Translations under genes and position numbers: made by a program
NCBI GenBank assembly: GCA_964453155.1
Contig: CAYVQU010000007.1
Location: forward strand, 3,036 to 67,035
Reading direction: 5' to 3'
Source of the DNA: an uncultured Anaerolineales bacterium
GTDB taxonomy: Bacteria > Chloroflexota > Anaerolineae > Anaerolineales > UBA11858
DNA length: 64,000 nt
Part shown: piece by piece, positions 29,414 through 37,200 of the stretch
How positions within the stretch are numbered: position 1 is the first letter of the stretch
Layout: every line of letters starts with the position of its first letter
The notes under the pieces: generated by a model
Database searches by the model: none
Told to the model about the DNA's origin: nothing
What the model saw: the letters and a program-made list of their open reading frames with translations, nothing else

Positions 29414-31108
29414 TTACTTCAACAGCGTATCCACTTCTTCTAGCAATTCATCATTTAAGAACTCCCCTTTTTGCATCAAAGCGTGAATCCGGCCTTTCAG
29501 ACGACCTTTTTCATCCTCGGTAAGCTCTTGGGCCGTAACCACAATCACGGATATTGATGCGGTCTGTTCATCAGCCTTTAATGCTTCGATAACGCCGAAG
29601 CCATCCATTTCGGGCATCATGAGGTCGAGAATCATCACATCGGGGAAGGCAGTTTGAGCTAATTCAACTGCTTCAATCCCATTTTCGGCTTCATACAAAG
29701 TGTACTCGCCCTGTGATTGCAGGATTCGGCGGATCAAACGACGCGCATCAGGGTTATCATCTACGATGGCTACGCTGGAATAGCGGTCGGGCGTGATCCG
29801 ACTTAAGGCCGATAGCAGCCCCTCTTCGGGTTTTTCTTCCATCGTTTTGGATGAAATGATCATATTCTTGGCCCAACCCTCCCCTAAGATCATTTTCTCA
29901 ACTGGTAGGGTATGCCCCGTTAAATTTACCACAATTACATCATCGGGTTTGACCTGCCCATTACGAACCAGCTTGATTAGACCAGCAAAAGCAACCGCCG
30001 AAGCGGGTTCCATGGAAAGACCTTCCATTTTGGCTAGAACATGGATCGCCCGAAATGCAGCTTCATCCGATACGCTCTCAAAAGTGCCTCCCCCGCCTTT
30101 TAGCATCCGGTCTCGCAAAACAGTGTACGTCCGACCTGGATCGCCGGTTGCGAGAGTAGCAATATTGGTACGCGGAGATTGGACCGGAACTGCCTCTGCA
30201 AGATCATTCTTCCAGGCATGAACCATTGGCTCACAGCCCTCTGATTGAATGGCTGCCACGGCCGGAATTCGGTCAGAGATACCCATCGCTTGGAGTTCTT
30301 CAAACCCCTTGAGTACGCCTACGGGGCCCATCCCGCCGCTGACGGCCTGGATGTAGAGGTCAGGTACTCGCCAGGGGGGGGCATTTTCTCCCTCGGGCGG
30401 TCCGAGGGCTTGGGTGATTTGTTCACTGATTTCAAACGCAATGGTTTTCATGGCTTCTAAGGCCGGAATTGAGCGGACGCCCCGATCTAGATAAGAACCT
30501 TTTTGGCGTTGATTGGCGTATTCCACCGCGACTTTTTTGGCATGATCATACGAGGCGGTAACTTTGATTACCTGGGTCCCATAAATTGCGACTTCGCGCA
30601 TTTTTTCTGCGGGTACTAGGCTGGTCAGAAATGCCCATAATTTGATTCCAGCTCGAGATGTATACGCCGAATATGAAATCGCAACATTCCCCGTCGAGGC
30701 TAATACGGTCTCTGTGACTCCAGCCTCTTTCAAAGATGTGACAGTAATTGCTGCTTGCCGATCTTTGAATGAGCCAGTTGGATTTTGACGTTCATCTTTG
30801 ATATACAGGTTTTTCAACCCCAGCATCATCCCTAGATTGGTTGCTTTTATGAGAGGTGTACCGCCCTCAAACATACTAATTGGGGGGTGGGGACCGGTGA
30901 CGGGCAGTAATTCAAAAAAACGCCAGATATCAAATGGGCGGGAGGGAATACGTTCTAGAATCGATTTACCAATTTCTTCGTAATTGTAACGAGCTTCGCG
31001 CCACCCACTGCCACACTGGGTACAGGTGGTTACTTTGGGCGTATATGGATCTTGATTGCCACAATCTAAACATTCGGCAACTAAATGTGAATACAAAATG
31101 GCCTCCAA
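29414..31108 (-). CDS. Threonine-synthase-like PLP-dependent enzyme with N-terminal Cys4 zinc ribbon and C-terminal receiver (REC) domain
   Basis: CLDCG...CTQCG ribbon. PLP-lysine motif NPTGSFKDRQAAI. ASTGNVAISYSAY and AVSGGMGPVG (phosphate-binding loop). The last 120 aa, SVAIVDDNPDARRL..VMILDLMMPEMDG..VIVVTAQ..., form a canonical receiver. TTG start at 31108; a TTG 12 nt downstream preceded by GGAGG is equally possible. Confidence 0.8.
   Translation of the reverse strand: MEAILYSHLVAECLDCGNQDPYTPKVTTCTQCGSGWREARYNYEEIGKSILERIPSRPFDIWRFFELLPVTGPHPPISMFEGGTPLIKATNLGMMLGLKNLYIKDERQNPTGSFKDRQAAITVTSLKEAGVTETVLASTGNVAISYSAYTSRAGIKLWAFLTSLVPAEKMREVAIYGTQVIKVTASYDHAKKVAVEYANQRQKGSYLDRGVRSIPALEAMKTIAFEISEQITQALGPPEGENAPPWRVPDLYIQAVSGGMGPVGVLKGFEELQAMGISDRIPAVAAIQSEGCEPMVHAWKNDLAEAVPVQSPRTNIATLATGDPGRTYTVLRDRMLKGGGGTFESVSDEAAFRAIHVLAKMEGLSMEPASAVAFAGLIKLVRNGQVKPDDVIVVNLTGHTLPVEKMILGEGWAKNMIISSKTMEEKPEEGLLSALSRITPDRYSSVAIVDDNPDARRLIRRILQSQGEYTLYEAENGIEAVELAQTAFPDVMILDLMMPEMDGFGVIEALKADEQTASISVIVVTAQELTEDEKGRLKGRIHALMQKGEFLNDELLEEVDTLLK
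29417..29776 (-). other. Receiver (REC) domain portion of the threonine-synthase-like fusion
   Basis: DD pair (IVDDNPD), phospho-acceptor context ILDLMMPEMDG, T (VVTAQ) and K (LMQKG) positions are all present. Confidence 0.8.
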
Positions 31109-31155
31109 TAAGAAGTGTTATACCGATAAACTTGGCTAATTTTACACCAACTACA

Positions 31156-31199
31156 GAGAACGCAGGGTTGTAGGAATTCGATTATTACCCTGCGTTCTC
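31156..31199 (-). repeat. Perfect 13-bp hairpin (18-nt loop) between the giant kinase gene and the threonine-synthase-like gene
   Basis: GAGAACGCAGGGT pairs with ACCCTGCGTTCTC. No U-tract follows on the minus strand, so terminator function is uncertain. Confidence 0.6.
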
Positions 31200-31240
31200 G
31201 ATGTTCTAAAAACTGACCGTTTTGTTGCGATCACCTCACC

Positions 31241-34200
31241 TTATTGGTATTCCTTGATCCGATTCAAAGATGCAACGAAATCATCGCCCAAAATTGGTTT
31301 CACCAAATAATCGGTGGCTCCGAGATCAAAACCCTTATCGATGTCCTCTAGAATGCTGCAGATGATCACCGGGATATTTCGGGTTTGCGGGTCAGCTTGA
31401 AGCTCTTCCAGTAGTTGCCAACCATCATGATCTGGGAGCATAATGTCGAGGGTGATTGCAAAGGGCTGAATTTGACGAGCGAACTCCATCGTTTTGCTTG
31501 GATCGGTAAGGGGTACGATATCGTACTCAGAACCACTCAAATACCGTTCGTAGAGATGAATGACCTGCATATCGTCGTCGATAGCCAGCACAGTGTTGCC
31601 GCCATCGACATCGGGAGGCAGAAGGGCTCGATCATCCAAGGGGAGCGTGAAGAAGAAATCACTCCCTTTGCCTTCTTCACTCACTAAACCAATTTCACCG
31701 CCATGTAATTCAACCAATAGGCTCGTAATAGAGAGACCCAACCCAGTCCCACCAGTTGCCCGGGTGGGTGAACCATCAACCTGAACGAATGGTTCGAAGA
31801 GTTTATCTTGATCTGCCGCCCCGATACCCAGCCCGGTATCTTTCACACTTATGTAAAGTTCGGGCAGACCACTTTCATTGGTTTGCTGCCGGGCTGTCAT
31901 TGTGATGCTGCCTTCGTCCGTAAATTTGGCGGCATTTGAAATCAGGTTGAGTAATATCTGACGAACTCTGGTTGAGTCAGCATTGACTATGGGTAGGTCC
32001 TCCTCGATAGCCGCTATGAGTTCGACGGGTTTATCCTTGATCAAGCCGCGCGCCGTAGACATTACGCTATTGATAATATCGGTAACGATTACATCTTCGA
32101 AGGCCAATTCCATCTTCCCGGCATCGATCTTGGAGATATCCAAAATGTCGTTAATCATTTTGAGCAGGTGCTGGCCAGCGTTATAAATCGCTCCCAGGTC
32201 TTGCTGCTGGAGGTCCGTCACTGGGCCGTCGATGCCTTTCATGATCACGCGCGAGAACCCAATGATGGAGTTCAGCGGAGTCCGCAGCTCATGGGACATG
32301 TTCGCCAGGAACTGGGATTTGAGTTGATCGAGCTCACGCAACTGCTCTGCGGTTTCAAATTGTTCCTCGTAAAGTCGGGCATTTTCGAGTGAGATGGCGG
32401 CTTGATTAGCCAGGGTCATCAACAGATTGATTTCATCGTCTGAAAATGAATATTCATTGTGCCTGGTTTCGATTTCGATAACACCGATGGTTTGACCTTT
32501 GACTGCTAACGGCAAAACCACCATCGTACCCACCTTATTCTCTGTCATGTAGGCAATTTCGGCCGGGTCTGCATCCTCGTCACCGATGTTCACCACCAAA
32601 ACTTCCTGTGTTTCTAATACTTTAGCTGTTGCTGGATATTCTGATAACGCAAAGTTCCAAATGCTAGGGTCATCATCCAGTCCTTGATGACCTTCAGTAA
32701 GGCCTAAACTGGAAATTGTAATCATCGAGTTTGGATCGATGGAATCTAGTAAGGCGATTGAACAACTCGCTTCATCCGGAATTAGATTAGCAATTTGCAG
32801 AGAGATAACATTCGCTACCTCCCGGGTTTCCAAAGGTGCCCTGGAGAGGTTCTGACTGGCATCGGATAGAGTGGTTAAGTCCTGAACGCGTCGTTCGGTT
32901 TCCGCAATCGCCTCCTGAACGGCTTGATAGGCCCGGGCATTGGCGATTGCGACCGAAATCTGATCAGCCAGGGTTTGGAGCACGGTAATATCATCATCTT
33001 GGAAAGTATCGATTTCAGTAGCTTGAACATCCAAAGCCCCAATAACGCGATTACCAATTTTTAGCGGGATCGCTAATTCGGCCGCAGTATCTGGTAAGAG
33101 TGGATGAGGTTGGTGGGTTTTATCCTGACTGACATCGTTAATGACCAGGTATTCGCCACTGGCTGTCACTGCCCCGATTATTGATTTAGACCCCACAGCT
33201 AGGCCATGGCCGGTTTCCATCATTTGTACCCCGGCTTCTCCGGTAGCTGCTTGGATCACTGCATTTTGACCAGTCTCATCCAGTAAGAAAATTGATGAGT
33301 GGTAAAAATCAAACCGGTCTCTGACGGAATTTACACTACGGATAAGGAGTTCTTCCTGTGAAAGGGTGGCAGATGTATCCCGGGCAATTTCGGCTGCAGT
33401 TTCCAATTGACCGGCTTTGCGGATACTGTCTTCCAATGACCGGATGTTTTGGATTGCCACTGCTGCCTGTCCGACCAGACTCATCATTTGGCGAATGTCG
33501 TTTTCGGCGAAATCTTGTTTTATCTCGTAAATTGCGATGATATGACCAAACCATTGCCCACCGGCAACCAGAGGGGCAAAGACCAGGCTATCGGCCTGGT
33601 AATGGTCCACATAGACCTGACGTCCAACCTCGTCTAATCTTGGATCATTGGCAATATCGGTGATAATGACTGCCTCGCCGGGGTTGAGTAAGTCTTCGGC
33701 CGTTGACCAAGCACTGAGCGGGTATCTTTGGTTTTTTTCCCGAGGACCTTCGGTTAATTTATTCCAGCGCGCAATCGGTATTAGCCATTCCGGTTGGGTA
33801 TCTGTATCCCAGACTTGATCAAATAGACTGACTGAAACACTTACCACCCCTTCTCCTAATATGGAATGATTCCGTAAAACGGAAAGGATTTCAGCATAAG
33901 ACTGCACCGTATTCAACTCAGAACTAGCCTGATAAAGGGCTGCCATTTCGTTTAGGGCCGTTTCAACTTGATCAAATAGCCGAGAGTTCTGAATTGCGAT
34001 GGCGGCCTGATTGGCAAGAGTCGTAGCCATGCGGATGTCTTCGTTAGCAAATGTTCCCTTAGGGGTTTGGCGATTCAAAGAGATAACCCCAATTACTCCC
34101 TCTGGCCCTACCATGGGGACGGTTGCGTTAGCTGCGATGCCGGCGGCCTTAAAATTCTCGCGGGCGTGTTCTTGCAACCGGGGATCATCGGCGAAGATGT

Positions 34201-37200
34201 TCGACGGTTGACGGGTACGAATAACTTGCTGTGTCAGAGGATAGCTTTCAAGCGGGATGCTCTCACCGATCGTTGACTCACCGGCAGTAAGTTCGGGGTA
34301 TGAACCCGACCGGATCATGTTTTCGCCTTGGAGCATGAACAAACTGACCGAGTCAGCTTCAGCAGCTTGGGCCACACTATTGATGAGGGTTTTGCTGACA
34401 TCTTCAAAACTCAGCGATTCACTCAATTCAGAGGTTGTCGATTGAATGATTTGCAGGTCTTCGAGTTGTTGCTGGGTTTGGGAGAATAAGCGGGAGTTCT
34501 CGATGGCGGAAGCTGCTTGACCGATAATTGTTTCAGCCAATCGTATCTCTTCTTCAGTGAATCGGCGACCAGCCTCGAGAATATCGAGGCCCACGGTGCC
34601 GATCACGCGACCAGCACTGATCAATGGCATTATTGCCAGGGACACAACTCCATGAGATTTCATCACTTCATGGATCGGTGCCGTGATGGGATCATTTTGG
34701 GCGTCATCGACAACCAGGGATTGCCCAGTTTCAATTACTTTTTGCGAAGATAGATTGCCTTCCACGGGTAGCTCAACGCCTACCGCTGAGGGGCGTTCTG
34801 GATTGGGTGAATATGCCGCGATAATTGTGAAAGTGGTCCGGGCGTTATTAAGCAAGGCAATGCCCGTTTGAATATTCAAGGCCCGGCCTAATTCCGAAGC
34901 CACAATATCCAAACTTACTGACAGGTCCAAAGAACTGGCCACTTGTGAAACGATGTTGTTAATCAAGGCTAATTCTTCACTGCGTTGTTGGGTCTGGTCG
35001 AAGAACTCGACGTTCTGCAGCGAGATCGCAGTTTGACTGGCGATAGAGGCCAGAAGATCCCTTTGACGGGTGTCATAAAGGCGGGGCGTAGTAACACTTT
35101 GAACCGTAATAACGCCAACAACCTTTTCACCAACCAACATAGGAACCCCCAACCAACAGAGTGGCGGTCCACTGTCGCCCAGCGGTACAAATTCAGCCCC
35201 CAAATTTTCCATGTGGGTAAGGACATCATCTTCGAGCAATAAGGCTTCACCATTCTTGAGAATATATCCGGTTAAGCCCTTTCCTGCTGGTTGGGTAAAA
35301 GTTTCGGCGGGTTCACCGTTAAAAACGTTGAACTCGACAGAAATTTCGGTCTGTTCATCATCAAAAGTTGCAATGAAAAAATTAGTTGTATCGAGTAATT
35401 GGGAGGTGTACCGATAGACAGTTTCAAAAACTTGTTCCCGTTCCAAAATTGTGGTCAATTCCCGTCCCATATCATTGAGAATTGAAAGATCATCGGTTTG
35501 TTTTTGAGTCGCCTGGAATAAACGGGCGGTCTGGATCGCGATCGCCGATTGGCGGGCAATTGAGATTAATAAATCTTGATGATGTTCGTTGAAAACATGG
35601 GGCGTATCCGCATTTTGAGTGGCGATGACACCCAAAACATCATCACCAATAATCAAAGGTACCCCCAACCAAGATTGAGCTGGGGCACCGATAATAATTT
35701 TTTCAAGACCTAATTCTTTGATAACCTCTTCAATATTTTCTGAGATGAGCAGTGGTTTTTTCGTATCGATTACGTGTTGGGTTAATCCCCGCCGTTTTTT
35801 CATGGTGGGGATATTGGATAATTCACCTTGTTCATAAACTAAGGGGAAGGAGACAGTATCATTTCGTTGGTTATAAAGCGAAATAAAGAAATAAGTCGTA
35901 TCCATCAACCGAGATGAGTACTCGTGGATGGTGCCCATGATTTCATCCAAATCGAACAGTGTGCTGAGCACGCGACTCATCTCATTGAGAACGGCCAATT
36001 CTGCAGCCTGATCTTGGGTTTGCTCAAAGAGGTTGGCATTTTCAATTGCGACCCCAATTTGCTGACCAACTGCCGAAAGCAGCGAGATATCGTTGCTTTC
36101 GGGCGACAATTTCTGGGTTGAAAATGTACACAACGTCCCTAGAATCTCCCCTTTGGCTTCGAGCGGTACCCCCTGATAGGATTGATACCCTAAGTTTATG
36201 GGGCCAGAGACTTCTATATCTGTAATTTTTGACAGATCATCGAAGTAAATCGGTTCTTTCCCCAGGTAAACCATTTCACATAAAGAACCTTCAAGTCCGT
36301 TTTCTTGAATACTCAATAACATCGCTTCCGGTAATTCATGTGCCAGGAGATCAAGTTTTCCGGTATATGCATTTGCGATTGTAATGAGCCCGATTTCTGA
36401 ATCGATCGTATTGAGTACCAGGTCCAATACTTCCTTTAGGGTCGTTTGTAATTCGAGAGAACTACTCGCCACATTAGTGATGCTCAATAGTGATTCGGTT
36501 TCTGATAAAGCCTCTTGAACTTGGTCAAGAAGCCGGCGGTTTTCTAGGTTGGAACCTATAACGGCAACCAATTGTTGTAGTAGATTTTCATCGCGGGATC
36601 CATACGCATTGGGTTTCAGACTACCAATATTCAGAGTCCCCACAATTTGGGTACCAAAGGCGACCGGCGCGACCATGAACGATCTCACCGCGCCTAAGGC
36701 TTCTTGGTTCGTATCAGGAACAACAATTGTTCTGTTTTGTTGGACCACGCTTTCCAGGGTTGAATCGGCCAGTGGAACGATATCACCAATGACGGTTGTG
36801 CCGGTTTCCCCCCGGATTGCAACCACTTCAATGGCATCTTGAGTGGGCACCAACATCGCCAAGGTTATCCGATCGGCAGTGAAAATTTGCTCAGATTTTG
36901 TGGTAATAAAGTTGTACGCCTCAGGAAAACTTTCAGCCCGGCTAAGTTCTTCACTGAGGTCGTTCAAGAGGGCCAGCCGGCGCACCAATTCTTCTGTTTC
37001 AGAAAGTGCGGCCTGGGTTTGTGAAAACAGATTCGAGTTTTGAATGGCGATCGCACTTTGGCTGGCGATGGCCACTAATAATTCCAGGTCCTGATCTGAA
37101 AAATGATGTGAGGCTTTGTTTTGGACACAAATAATACCTAAAGCCCGGTCTCCAATTGCCAGGGGAACGCCCAACCAACTTTGGGACATTTCACCGACTA

